From NCBI GenBank assembly GCA_025558095.1, contig JAIVFI010000006.1, positions 310,001 to 374,000 on the forward strand: DNA of 64,000 nt. Direction: 5' to 3'. The DNA is from Hyaloraphidium curvatum SAG 235-1 (taxonomy: Eukaryota; Fungi; Monoblepharomycota). The notes under the pieces were generated by a model that made no database searches, was not told the DNA's origin, and saw only the letters and a list, made by a program, of their open reading frames with translations. Every line of letters begins with the position of its first letter. The first letter of the stretch is position 1. Both the position numbers and the translations under genes were made by a program. Positions 10,522 to 21,036 of this stretch are shown piece after piece.

Positions 10522-11760
10522 TCATCCATGTCTCGCAACCAACCCCCGTGCAATATCAAGGAACGCCCCCTCGATCCTCTCCCAATCCCTCGCCGTCTCT
10601 TTGTCCACCTCGTACGCCTTCAGCCCCGTCCACCCGTCCCCGGGCTTCCACCCGTCCGCCTCCCTCCGCGCATTCACCCCGCTGCTCGCGGCCCAGATCA
10701 CCTCCTTGACCCTCGCCTCTTCCATGCCGAACCGCGCGGCGAGCTGCCCGACCACGGCGGAAGCGACGTGGAAGTCGACCGCGTTGGGGAGGAACCCCGC
10801 CCTGTCGAGCTCCGGCGGCTCCAGCTCCCTCTCCACTGGTGGCCTGAACGCCTTCTCCAGCTCCTCCGCCGCCTTTGCCCCGCGGAACCTGGCCGACAGC
10901 GCCGCAACGCACCGGTCCAGCATCCCCGCGTCGCCGCTCATCCCCCCGAACGCCCGCCGGATGCGGATGGACCACAGCGTGTCCTTGGCCCAGCGGGGCA
11001 TGTCCGATGCCTCGGCGGCCGAGAGGAGGGATTTGAGCTTGGTTTCGTCGGGATGGGGGAGGTGCGTCCATTCGCGGTCCACGGTCGTGGTTTCGGCGAC
11101 GGAGCGGACGATGCCGAGGAGGTCCGGGAGCACGGCGTCCGGCAGACCGTACGCCTTGCTCGCGGCGCACATGAGCCACACCAGCGCCGGGAGCGACGCG
11201 GTCGCGTGGGCGTCTTCGACGACGACGATGGGGAGCCGGCGGAGGAGCTCGTTCGGGTCCAGCCTCGCGAGCGCGGCGGCGGTGGCGACGGCGGGGTCCG
11301 TGAGGCGGCGGCGCACGCACTTTTGTAGGTGGGATTTGAGGTACGGGACGTTAGCGAAGTGCACGGGGGGCAGCTTGAGGAGGGGTTCGGGGGCGTCCGG
11401 AGCGATGTCCGTGACCAGGGTCAGGTCCTTGACGCCACGCACGGACACGGTCGCCCGCCATGCCGCCGCTGGGATCGGATTCTGCCGCGAGAAGGTGGCA
11501 AACAGGGCGCCGCCAGCGTCTCGAGAGAGGCAGAAGTATTGTGGCACTGACGTGTCGGTCCCGCCGAAGAAGGAGTGCAAAGACGCCTGGTTCGCCTTCG
11601 GCTTGTCCGGCTTGGCGGTGCAGCCCGCATCGATATGGGCGTTGACCATTGCCAGCGTCAGGTTTTCGGCCCCGCAGAGGGGACACGCGACGCGCTCCCC
11701 TGCGGGGTTCGGGGCGCGGGGCGGCGCCTTCTGCGGGACGGCCTTCGCCGCCTTGCCCAT
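10522..11760 (-). CDS. UBZ4 (Rad18-type) zinc-finger protein with an MgsA/RarA-like helical domain
   Basis: VACPLCG...VNAHIDAGC matches UBZ4. YLKSHLQKCVRR...ELLRRLPIVVVEDA follows. Coding-like GC3 bias; ATG at 11760. Confidence 0.75.
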   Translation of the reverse strand: MGKAAKAVPQKAPPRAPNPAGERVACPLCGAENLTLAMVNAHIDAGCTAKPDKPKANQASLHSFFGGTDTSVPQYFCLSRDAGGALFATFSRQNPIPAAAWRATVSVRGVKDLTLVTDIAPDAPEPLLKLPPVHFANVPYLKSHLQKCVRRRLTDPAVATAAALARLDPNELLRRLPIVVVEDAHATASLPALVWLMCAASKAYGLPDAVLPDLLGIVRSVAETTTVDREWTHLPHPDETKLKSLLSAAEASDMPRWAKDTLWSIRIRRAFGGMSGDAGMLDRCVAALSARFRGAKAAEELEKAFRPPVERELEPPELDRAGFLPNAVDFHVASAVVGQLAARFGMEEARVKEVIWAASSGVNARREADGWKPGDGWTGLKAYEVDKETARDWERIEGAFLDIARGLVARHG

Positions 11761-11915
11761 TTCTGCAATTCCTGCGGCCTTCGGACGCGTTTCTAGCTGC
11801 CAAGCAGGCCCCCAGCGCCCCCGGATTCGGGGACTCGAGGAACGGGTTGATGGTGTTGTCGCGGCCCTAGCAATTTCTGGTATCAACACTCGACCCACTC
11901 CCGGCCCGCATCCCG

Positions 11916-12582
11916 ATGCAGAGGGCGCCGTTGGCGGCGGCGAGCGCGCGGCGCGCGTTCTCGTTGAGCGCGGCGGCGCGGCAGGGCGCGCGCGGGCGGT
12001 GGTGGAACACGCAGCTCGAGGCGGCGCCGGCGGCATCGCTCTCCCGCGCCGCCCCGGCCGGCACCGCCGCCATCATCGACACGACCGACATCCCCGTCGC
12101 GAACGCAAAGACGCTCGCGCAAAACCCGTTCGCCGCTGAGGTCGCCGCGCAGGCGCCGAACCTGCCGCACACGTGGAGCAAATCGCAGCGGCCGCGGGGC
12201 GACGCGATCCGCGGGGCACGCTTCGAGCAGACAGACATCGCCGCGCAGGTGAATATTGCTGGTTTGCCTGCCGTCCTCCTGCTGGGGGGATGGCGCGGAA
12301 GGGGCCGCCGCTGACGCCCCGCAGCCCTTCCCGCTCGCCGCCGAGGCGCTCATCGCGGAGGAGCCGATCCGCATCGTCCACGGCAACCGCGCAGTGTGCG
12401 ACGGTGGCGGCGGCTCGCTCGGCCACCCGCGGGTGTTCATCCCGCTGGACAAGCCCGGAGACGTGTTCCCGTGCGGTGCGTTGCTTGCCGCCCCACCCGA
12501 AGCGGTCTTCTGAGCCGACAACCCCTTCCCAGGATACTGCGGCATCAGGTTCAAGAGCGACGGGAGCAGGGCGCACCACTAG
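11916..12582 (+). CDS. NDUFS6: Complex I 13-kDa zinc-finger subunit (introns 12249-12324, 12476-12532)
   Basis: QAPN..TWSKSQRPR..AIRGARFEQTD, CDGGGGSLGHPRVFIPLD, spliced CGYCGIRF (zf-CHCC). Confidence 0.95.
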
Positions 12583-12658
12583 CCATCTCTGTACAGTGCG
12601 GGCGGGCCGCCTAATCCAGCTACCATCCCACCCCCGTTCTCCCGCCTTCTCCACGTCC

Positions 12659-15224
12659 CTACACCGCCAGCTCGTAAAAGATCATGTACGCCTGCCCCGA
12701 CACCATCCCGTAGACCTCCCTCTCCGGATCCTCCACCAGCTCCACGCTGTCGTCCGAGATGCGGAACCACCTCTCCTCGGCCGGCTCCCCCTCGCCCACG
12801 GCGGCGGGCAGCGCGGCCCTCCCGCCTCCGGGGGGCGACTCGGGCGGCGCATCCGTGTCCGTATCCGCCGCATGGTCCGTCCCGGCGTCCCCGTCCGCGG
12901 ACCCGTGCAGCGTCGGCGAGTCGCCCGGCCCCGGTGCCGCCGTCTCCGAAACGGGGCTCGGCGGCGCCTCCTCCGCGCGCGGCAACGGCAGCGGCGCGGG
13001 CTGCTTCCCCGGCTGCACCGCACCCGCGTCCCTCCTCGTCCCCGCCGCGTTCCCGCCCAGCACGGCCGCGCACCACCCCTCCACCCAGGCTTCCAGCCTG
13101 CCCTCGGGATCCTGCCCCCTCGCAATCCGCTCCAGCGCCGCCTCCACCTCGCCCCACGACGGATCCCCGCACCCGCGCGGGCCCATCCGCCTGTACACGA
13201 CGAAATGCCCGCTGTCGTGCGAGCCAAAGTGGAGCACGACAGCGCGCAGCCGGTACGGCCGCGGGTTGCCCCCGGGCCCTTCGGAAAACACCGACGGGCG
13301 GCGCCGGGTGGGGGGCAGCGCGGGGTCCCACGTCTCGCCGATGCCGCCGACCCGGCAGGCGTTCTTGACCGCGCGGCCCGAGGCGAGGTAGACGGAGCGC
13401 TGCACGTGCAGGGCGAGGACGCGGGGGAAGCGCGAGACGGTGAGGCGCTTGGAGGTGCGGTGCGGGGGCGTGGGGACGTGTCGGATCTGCGACGATGCAA
13501 AAGTGAGGTGGATCATTGTGCAGGGGCCCAGCAGGCGCACCTTCTCGACGCCGAGCTTGTCCTGCTCCATCTCCAGGAACCCATCCGGGCTCGCCTCCTG
13601 CAGCGCCCCCAAATCGCGCACGAGCGCATGCAGCTTCCGCAGCTCCGCATCCAGCCGCAATGCCGCCTGCCCCGCGTCCTCGGGGGGCGCGGGCGCATCT
13701 TCAGCGGGGGAGGAGAACGGGATGCGCAGAAGGGCGGCGGTAGCGGCGGGGAGAGGGGCCCCGCGGAGCTTGGGGAAGAGGTCGGCGAGGCACTGCGGGT
13801 CCGAGGGGGGCGCCGGGTCGTCGACCTGCGGTTTGCCGGGGGGGTCGACGGCGGGGGCCGGCGAGGATGGCACGGATGCGGGAGCAGAGTCCTGTGGCGC
13901 GTCCTCCGCAGCCCCGACGTCGTGCACGCCGTTCGCCCGATCCGCCTGCACATGCTCCCCATTGACGTGCACCGCATCGGCGTCCACCGTCCCGGCATGC
14001 GCCTCCGCCGCCAGCCCGGCCTCCCACACCCTCCTCGCCACCTCGCACCGCTTCCTCGCCTGCGCCACCAGGCCCGACACCCTCGCCTCGGTTGCGCGCA
14101 GGCTGCACCGCGGGCACACGACGTCGTCCAAAAACTCGGGGCTGGTGTACGTGGCGAGAAGGGCGGCGAGAGAGATGGTGGGTTCGTGCGGGGGGACGAG
14201 GGAGAGGTTGTCGAAGGTCTGGTGTCGCACGGGGGTCTGTCGACCATAGTGGGTGAGCACGCCGCCGCGCAGGAAGAGCACGCGGGTGCAACCCACCTCG
14301 TACCCGCACTCGCCGCACCGCAGCCGGCTCCCGACCAGCCCCAGCGCCGGGTTCCTCAGCGCCCTCGCCCCTCCGCCCCCCTTTTCCGGCGCCGGCCCCA
14401 GCACCTCCCCCAACCCCGCGGCGCCGACCCCCCTGCCCGCGCAGCACCCGCACTTCTTCCCCCTGCACGCGTCGTGCTCGGCCTGCAGGTGCGAGGAGAG
14501 GAGCTGGTACAGCTCGTGCGCGTCCTGCTGCTCAAAGCCGAGCCAGCGCCGCGACGTGACGGCGGCGGCGGGGGAGGAGGCGCGGGAGAGGGCGGAGAGG
14601 ATGGCGGAGGGGCGGAGAACGCGGTGCGAGGTGCGGCGGGGGGAGTTTAGCTCTGTCGGGGGGGCGAGGGTCAGTTGGCCTCCTTTGGGGGAAGTTGGTG
14701 CGTCCCACCGAGCAGGATCTCGAGCAGGGATTCGGTGACCGGGATCTCTGCGGGCGAGTGCGCCGTGCGGCCGCGGTGGCGCAGCGAGGCGAGCTGGAAC
14801 AGCCTGTGCCGCGCGACGCGGGCCTCGAGGTAGGAGACGAGCGACGGCAGCGAGGCCAGAGCCTGTCCCGGAGTGTCAAACTTCGGCAGCAATCGTAAAC
14901 AGCGATCGGAATCACCTGGAGGGTCGAGTTGACGAAGCACGTGTTGCCCATGTTGGCCAGTCCGGGCGGGAAGAAGTCGCCAGCGGGCGCCTCCGCCTCC
15001 GTGCCCGAGTCGTCCGCGGCGAGCCTGCCCCCCAGCCTGCCCGGGCGCGCCCGCTTCCTGCGCTTCGCGCCGCCGAACCACCCGCGCGGCGCGAACACGT
15101 AGGCGACCGTGGCCACCGCGAGCAGCGCGACGCCGACGCGCACCGCGAGCATCGGCGTCCGGTCCTCCGCGAGCGACATCGGGGCGGGCGGCGGTGGGGC
15201 GGCCTCGCGCGGGCGGCTGCTCAT
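12659..15224 (-). CDS. Ubiquitin-specific protease (C19), USP30/Ubp16-like with N-terminal TM anchor; about 4 introns
   Basis: Cys box GLANMGNTCFVNSTLQ|ALASLP, QQDAHE, His box HFGSHDSGHF, WFRISDDSV, AYMIFYE. N-terminal hydrophobic helix followed by basic residues. Confidence 0.9.
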
Positions 15225-15820
15225 CGGCGGCGCATGGCCGCAGAGAGTGGGAGTGGGAGTTCGGGGGACGACAGACAGAGGCGGCGAGGCGGCCGGCCGC
15301 AGTCCACAGTCCAATCAGTTGGGCCTCGGGGATCTCCCCCGATCCCGCGTATAGAGGGCCCGCTCCAACGCAATCATGAGCTGCATTAACGAGGTGGCCT
15401 ACGGACGTCGGTTGGAGGGCTGGGGAAGGCACAGGGCCAGCGATCGCGCTGCTGCCTCGGTATGACGCCTCGCCACGCACGAAGCGGCCAAAAATCCAAA
15501 CAAGGCCCAAAGTCGACGGATTGCATTCCAATAAGATGCTCTGGTATGCCAGGGCAGTCAATATTTATATGGGATCCTGGCGAACCTTTCCCCCGGTCGC
15601 CTCAAGCTGGCCAGGCCCGGGGACGCGCCGTCGGCGGCCTCCAAGCCCCAGATCCTTTCTTCTTCTCATCGACAGCAACTCGAACGTGGATCAGGGCGAT
15701 TTTTCCGAGATCTGCGTGGGCGAGATCTGACGTCTTCCTCGCTCCGGCCGGAGCTCGCGTGAATCGATTCGAAAACGGGCCCTACTAAGTATCCCAACTC
15801 CTTTTCCCACCCGTTTCCCG

Positions 15821-17872
15821 ATGGCCCCCTTGCCCGTGAGCCCCCGAGCGGGCGGCGTGCCGAATCTGCCGTCGCCGACGCTGTCGCCGCGGCCGAGCGC
15901 CGCGGCGCCGCCGCTCGAGCCGGGGCGGCTGGCGCTGCCGGGCGCGGCGGACGAGCTGCGCGAGCACCCGCTGGCCGACATCGACGCGGCGCTGCTCGGC
16001 GGCGCCGGCGCGCTGTCCGGCCTCGGCCCGCTCACGCCGCTGAGCGCGGGGCCGTGGGGGCCGGGCGGCCACGCGGACCTCGCCGCCATGGAGCCGCTGC
16101 TGCGCGCCTTCGACTCGCTCGCGCCGCACCTCAAGTCGTTCGTGCTGCTGCAGCTGCTGCGCCGCTCGCCGGTCGCCACGCTGCAGCTCGTCGGCTCGCT
16201 GGTGCTGCCCGCGCTGAAGCGCGACTTCCTGCGCATGCTGCCCGTCGAGCTCGCGCACCAGATCATGCTGTACCTGGACCTGCGCTCGCTGGGCCGCGCC
16301 GCCCGCGTGTCGCGCGCCTGGCGCGCCGTCGTCGAGGGCCCCGACGCAGAGGTCGCCGTGTGGCGCGCCCGGCTGCTGCGCGAGGGCTGGCTGCACGACG
16401 ACGAGGTGCGCGGCGAGCTGGCGCGCTGGCGCAGCGAGCCCGGCGCGGACACGCCCGACGCGGACGACATGGTGGTCGACTTCCCCGGCCCGCCGCCGCG
16501 GCCGCTGCACATGTACCGCGCGCTGTACCGCCGCCACCACGTCATGCGCCGCAACTGGACCATGGGCCGCTACCGCCGCCTGTCGTTCCCCGCACACGGC
16601 TTCAACGTCGTCACGTGCCTGCAGTTCGACGGCGAAAAGATCGTCTCGGGCTCGGACGACCAGACCATGAACGTCTACGACGTGCGCACCGGCGACCTGC
16701 TGCGCAAGCTCGAGGGCCACGAGGGCGGCGTCTGGGCGCTGCAGTACATCGGCCACACCCTCGTTTCTGGCAGCACCGACCGCACCGTGCGCGTGTGGGA
16801 CCTGGACACGGGCCGGTGCACGCACGTGTTCGACGGCCACACTTCGACCGTGCGCTGCCTCGCCATCGTCCTACCGCGGCCCGACGCCGACCCCGACGGG
16901 CCGGAGCCCACGTACCCCCTCGTCGTCACGGGCTCCCGCGACGCCACCCTCCGCGTGTGGCGCCTGCCTGACCCCAAGGTCGACCCTCCCTACAACGGCG
17001 CCCGCGCGGCGCACGCCGGCGGCGAGGACGACGGCGACGCGCCCGCGTTCGACGACGACGGCCCGGCCGAGAACCCCTACTTTGTGCACGTGCTCACGGG
17101 GCACACCAACTCGGTCCGCGCGCTCGCGGCCAGCGGCAACACGCTCGTCTCGGGGAGCTACGACACCACGGTGCGCGTGTGGAACCTGGCCACGGGCGAA
17201 TGCTCGCACGTGCTCAGGGGGCACAGGGAGAAGGTCTACTCGGTCGGGTACTCGGAGGAGCTCAAGCGCGCCGTGAGCGGGAGCATGGACGCGACGGTGC
17301 GGGTTTGGGATGTGATCACGGGGGAGTGCCTGCATGTCTTGGAGGGTGGGTTGGCGCGGGCTCGCCTTTCAAAGCCCCTGCTGATTGCTCGCTCCCTTTC
17401 CTCTTCCATCCTGTCAACCACACCCTTTGCAGGCCACAACTCGCTCGTCGGCCTCCTCGAGCTCACTCCCTCGTACCTCGTCTCGGCCGCCGCCGACGCC
17501 ACCCTCCGCATCTGGAACCCCGCCAACGGCCAGTGCCTCGCGACCCTGCAGGGCCACGCGGCGGCCATCACCTGCTTCCACCACGACCCCGCGCTGAACC
17601 GCATCGTCTCGGGCTCCGACGGCGGCGTCAAGATCTGGGAGCTGTGCTCCGACCCGCACGGCCGCGACCGCGCCAGCCGCGAGGCCGGGGCGCAGGGGGG
17701 GAGCAGCAGCAACCTCGCGCACGGGCGGTTCCAGCGCGACCTGGTGACCAACGTGCAGGGGGTGTGGAGGGTCCGGATGGACGAGAGGAGGCTCGTGTGC
17801 GCGGTGCAGAGGGAGGGGAGCAGGACCTTCTTCGAGGTGCTGGATTTCGGGGCGGGGGTGGATGTGGCGTGA
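15821..17872 (+). CDS. CDC4: SCF F-box/WD40 substrate receptor Cdc4/Fbw7 (in-frame intron 17346-17432)
   Basis: KRDFLRMLPVEL F-box. WD repeats VVTCLQFD, GHEGGVWAL, GHTSTVRCL, GHTNSVRAL, GHREKVYSV, GHNSLVGLL. Confidence 0.93.
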   Translation: MAPLPVSPRAGGVPNLPSPTLSPRPSAAAPPLEPGRLALPGAADELREHPLADIDAALLGGAGALSGLGPLTPLSAGPWGPGGHADLAAMEPLLRAFDSLAPHLKSFVLLQLLRRSPVATLQLVGSLVLPALKRDFLRMLPVELAHQIMLYLDLRSLGRAARVSRAWRAVVEGPDAEVAVWRARLLREGWLHDDEVRGELARWRSEPGADTPDADDMVVDFPGPPPRPLHMYRALYRRHHVMRRNWTMGRYRRLSFPAHGFNVVTCLQFDGEKIVSGSDDQTMNVYDVRTGDLLRKLEGHEGGVWALQYIGHTLVSGSTDRTVRVWDLDTGRCTHVFDGHTSTVRCLAIVLPRPDADPDGPEPTYPLVVTGSRDATLRVWRLPDPKVDPPYNGARAAHAGGEDDGDAPAFDDDGPAENPYFVHVLTGHTNSVRALAASGNTLVSGSYDTTVRVWNLATGECSHVLRGHREKVYSVGYSEELKRAVSGSMDATVRVWDVITGECLHVLEGGLARARLSKPLLIARSLSSSILSTTPFAGHNSLVGLLELTPSYLVSAAADATLRIWNPANGQCLATLQGHAAAITCFHHDPALNRIVSGSDGGVKIWELCSDPHGRDRASREAGAQGGSSSNLAHGRFQRDLVTNVQGVWRVRMDERRLVCAVQREGSRTFFEVLDFGAGVDVA

Positions 17873-18305
17873 GGTGGGAAAGTTGCGTCGGGCGCAGAAG
17901 GGGCTTGCGGGAGGGACGGGGTTTTGAGGGAGGATCGGACATCGGTTTATGGGGAGGTGCGAACTCCCGCCTCGCGGGCACGCGTTGCTGTCCGGGAGGT
18001 ATAGAGCATTTGGATCGCCATGTATTGTACCATTCGAACGGATTGCAAGTCGCAGCTTTTGCATGAGTGCCGGTCTGCCACGAGCTTGGGTCCAATGAAT
18101 GCCTGGCGAAGGCGGAGCATGCCCAGGCAGCTGAGGGCCGGGAAGAAAGCATCAACTTGAGCGGTGTGTTCAGTGCTAGCATTAGATGCCCGCACTATTT
18201 GGCAACATAGAACAGGATGTAAGCCGTCGCGGCGGCGGTTTGGGGGACATTCAGGGATGTTTCCTCGGGTTTGGGAACGTTCCCTGCTTCTATCGCCCAT
18301 CCGAC

Positions 18306-19889
18306 ATGGCGACCGCCGCAGGTGCCGCGCTCGTGCTCGTAGCTGCCGGCGGTGCCGCGCTGCTGTACCTTGCGAACTCGCGCGCCGCCGTGGAGGCCCG
18401 GCGCAAGCGCCCGGAAGACGCCGACGCGGTCAGGGCGTTCCGCCGAAGGCTTTTGGACGGGGAACACTGGATCCCGGCCGTGGAATGGGCGCAGAGGCGC
18501 GGCGTGGCGCTGAAACCGCCGCTGCCGGCCGAGGAGGACTGCCGCGACCCGATACCGCGGGACGAACTCGACCTTCTCCGTCCTGCCCGTGTCATCAACG
18601 CCCTCGCAGCGAACCTGCCTCGGGCCCTTACGGACACCGTGTTCCTCTCCAAGGCCCGTGCGCAGGCCCGCGCCAATGCCGTCCTCGACGCGATTGAGCC
18701 GGTTGATTGCCTCGGCGGCCGTAGTGCGCTCGAAGACATCGTCGCGAGGCACAAGGCCTGGCTCGACGGACTCAAATGGGACGAATGGACGGGCATGGGT
18801 CGCATCGTGGCGACGGAGAGGGCATTCGACTGGGCGACGCAGCTCTCCCGGATCTGGAGCTGGTTCGGGGACAACTCACACCTCATCGTCGACGAGTACG
18901 GGAACGACCTGGTGCAGCTGAAGCCGTTCCTGTTCATCTGCGGGGCTCCCCGCACGGGAACCAGCTTCCTGCAGACGCTGCTCGCATCCGCGCCCGAGTC
19001 CCGCTCCATTTGCCTTGTCGAGGGGATGATGCCAGTGCCTGATTCGACCCCGAGCCATCCCTTCCCGCGGACGTCCAGGGAGCAGATTTCAACGGATCCG
19101 AGACTCAAGCAGTACTGGGATACCGTCAAGCCTGTCGATCGTGTGGTCACGCCGATGTATATGCAGAGGATTGCGACGCTGCATCATGCCGTCATGGAAC
19201 CCTCCCTGCCGGACGAGGACGTCTTCCTGCATCACTTCCTTGGCGCCGCTTCGCTGTATCATCTTCCTTGTGCAGGGTCTTGCGACATCGTCGCGCAATT
19301 CCTTAGTGACTCGGACTCGTACCGCGCTTGGGCAGAAAACGCTGCCCTCGTGCTCAAACGGTTCTATCAGATGCTTTCCCTCGGCTTCTCGCCGCCCGCC
19401 TATTGGATCTCCAAGTCTCCCTGGCATTGCCTCATCCTCCCACAGCTGGCCAAAGTGTTTCCGGAAGCGACTTTTGTCAGCATCTCCCGCCCGGCCAAGG
19501 AATCGGTGCCGTCGCTCGCGCGCCTTTACGAAGCGCTGGGGAACGGATGGCTCAAGCCCGACTCGCTGCTCGCCGATCGCCGCGCCCTCGGGCGCTGGGC
19601 CGCTTTCGAGGGCTGGGTGCTCAGGACGGCGAACCTGGCGCCGCCGTTTGCTTCACCTGAGCTCGCCAACCGGACCGTCACGCTGGATTATGCCGAGCTC
19701 GTTGCGGATCCCATCGCGACCGTGGAAAAGGTCCACGCACGGGCGGGGCTTCCACCGCCGTCGGAGAGCCACAGGCAGGAAATGCATTCGCACTTGAAGG
19801 AGCGGCCGCAGGGAAAGTACGGCAGGCACGGGCACGGGGTGGAAGAGTACCGGCTGGACCCCGACCGCGATCTGTCTCCAGTGTGGTAG
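18306..19889 (+). CDS. PAPS-dependent sulfotransferase (Sulfotransfer_3-like) with N-terminal membrane anchor; intronless
   Basis: 5'-PSB loop FICGAPRTGTSFL, WISKSPWH, FPEATFVSISRP..SVPS, LDYAELVADP. Hydrophobic N-terminus AAGAALVLVAAGGAALLYL. Confidence 0.88.
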   Translation: MATAAGAALVLVAAGGAALLYLANSRAAVEARRKRPEDADAVRAFRRRLLDGEHWIPAVEWAQRRGVALKPPLPAEEDCRDPIPRDELDLLRPARVINALAANLPRALTDTVFLSKARAQARANAVLDAIEPVDCLGGRSALEDIVARHKAWLDGLKWDEWTGMGRIVATERAFDWATQLSRIWSWFGDNSHLIVDEYGNDLVQLKPFLFICGAPRTGTSFLQTLLASAPESRSICLVEGMMPVPDSTPSHPFPRTSREQISTDPRLKQYWDTVKPVDRVVTPMYMQRIATLHHAVMEPSLPDEDVFLHHFLGAASLYHLPCAGSCDIVAQFLSDSDSYRAWAENAALVLKRFYQMLSLGFSPPAYWISKSPWHCLILPQLAKVFPEATFVSISRPAKESVPSLARLYEALGNGWLKPDSLLADRRALGRWAAFEGWVLRTANLAPPFASPELANRTVTLDYAELVADPIATVEKVHARAGLPPPSESHRQEMHSHLKERPQGKYGRHGHGVEEYRLDPDRDLSPVW

Positions 19890-19950
19890 CCGTGAGCGTT
19901 CTCGGTCGCAAACCCTGAACTACAACACAATAAACGAGCAGGATCATTCC

Positions 19951-21036
19951 TTAATCTGGTTTTCGGAACCAAACTCCACGAAGCTGTTCGCGATCCTTTG
20001 CGTCGCCAAAGTCGTGGTAAACAGGCACGAGAGGCGTGTCCAAGCCATGGTCCTGGCGAAAGTCTAGCACAGCATCGTGAGCACCTTTCCAATCATAGAA
20101 GTCATCAACTATCACGAATCCACCAGGATTGAGGCGCGGGTAGAGCCACTTCAATCCTTCCCAGGTTGATTGGTACAGATCTCCGTCCAGGCGCATGATC
20201 GCGAAACCCGAACCAAATCTGCCTTCCCGATCAGCTTTCGGTAGGGAGTCCTTAAACCAGCCTTCCAGGAAATGGACGGGGTATTCGGGGTCACCAAGAA
20301 GCCCAAGCCTCTCGAAACTCTCTGCCACCAAGGCTACCGAGTTGTCCGTGAGGATCTTCAGCTTGTCCATACCCTTGTGGACAGCGTCCTTCGGAAATGC
20401 TGTTACGTTCACGGCCGGGATCCCTTTGAACGAATCCGCAACGAAGACGGCCCTCCCGGCTTCGCCGTAGGCCCGGAAGACGGCAGCCGCGAGAATGCAT
20501 GAGCCTCCTTTCCAAGCTCCGGCTTCGATGAAGCCGCCGGGGATGCCTCTAGCGATAGCATCCTCCAACAGCCATTGAATGTTGTCGAGCCGCCGTTGAC
20601 CGACCATGGTGACAGCCCTACATCCACTATCCGGAGGCCATTGGGAGCCATCCGTCCACCCGGGGTATCTCACATAAAAGCTGTTTGAAACGATGGCCTT
20701 CATGGCCCGTAATCCGAGGACAACACCCGCCCGAAGAGAGTCCGGCAGGGCGACACGGGTGCAGTTCGATGGGGGCGGCTCCAGAGGGCAATGGCAAGCA
20801 TCGGCTCCGAAGCCGAGCTTGGCGGTATTGCAGCCGCACTTGTTTTCAGAAACGAACTTTTCATGGTCTTCCGGCCTGGCGCCAGAGCACCGCGAACCCG
20901 AGGAATTGACGAACCACGTGCGGGCTGGCCCCGCGTCCAACGGTTTCGAGATTGTCCCGCCGCAAAAGAATACGAAGGCCACAATTAACAACAGTGCAAG
21001 CGCAGCCGCGGTTGACCGTGTTGTCGTTGACTGCAT
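19951..21036 (-). CDS. TylF/MycF/NovP-family SAM-dependent sugar O-methyltransferase with signal anchor; intronless
   Basis: TMVGQRRLDNI, IPGGFIEAGAWKGGS, ADSFKG, EGWFKDSLP, LDGDLYQST, LYPRLNPGGFVIVDDFY. Confidence 0.93.
   Translation of the reverse strand: MQSTTTRSTAAALALLLIVAFVFFCGGTISKPLDAGPARTWFVNSSGSRCSGARPEDHEKFVSENKCGCNTAKLGFGADACHCPLEPPPSNCTRVALPDSLRAGVVLGLRAMKAIVSNSFYVRYPGWTDGSQWPPDSGCRAVTMVGQRRLDNIQWLLEDAIARGIPGGFIEAGAWKGGSCILAAAVFRAYGEAGRAVFVADSFKGIPAVNVTAFPKDAVHKGMDKLKILTDNSVALVAESFERLGLLGDPEYPVHFLEGWFKDSLPKADREGRFGSGFAIMRLDGDLYQSTWEGLKWLYPRLNPGGFVIVDDFYDWKGAHDAVLDFRQDHGLDTPLVPVYHDFGDAKDREQLRGVWFRKPD

Noticed and set aside
10427-12139. 570-aa plus-strand ORF
   Set aside because: Antisense shadow of the UBZ4 gene plus off-frame NDUFS6 sequence.
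12173-14650. 825-aa plus-strand ORF
   Set aside because: Antisense shadow of the USP gene; Arg/Gly/Pro-rich, no motifs, expected in high-GC DNA.
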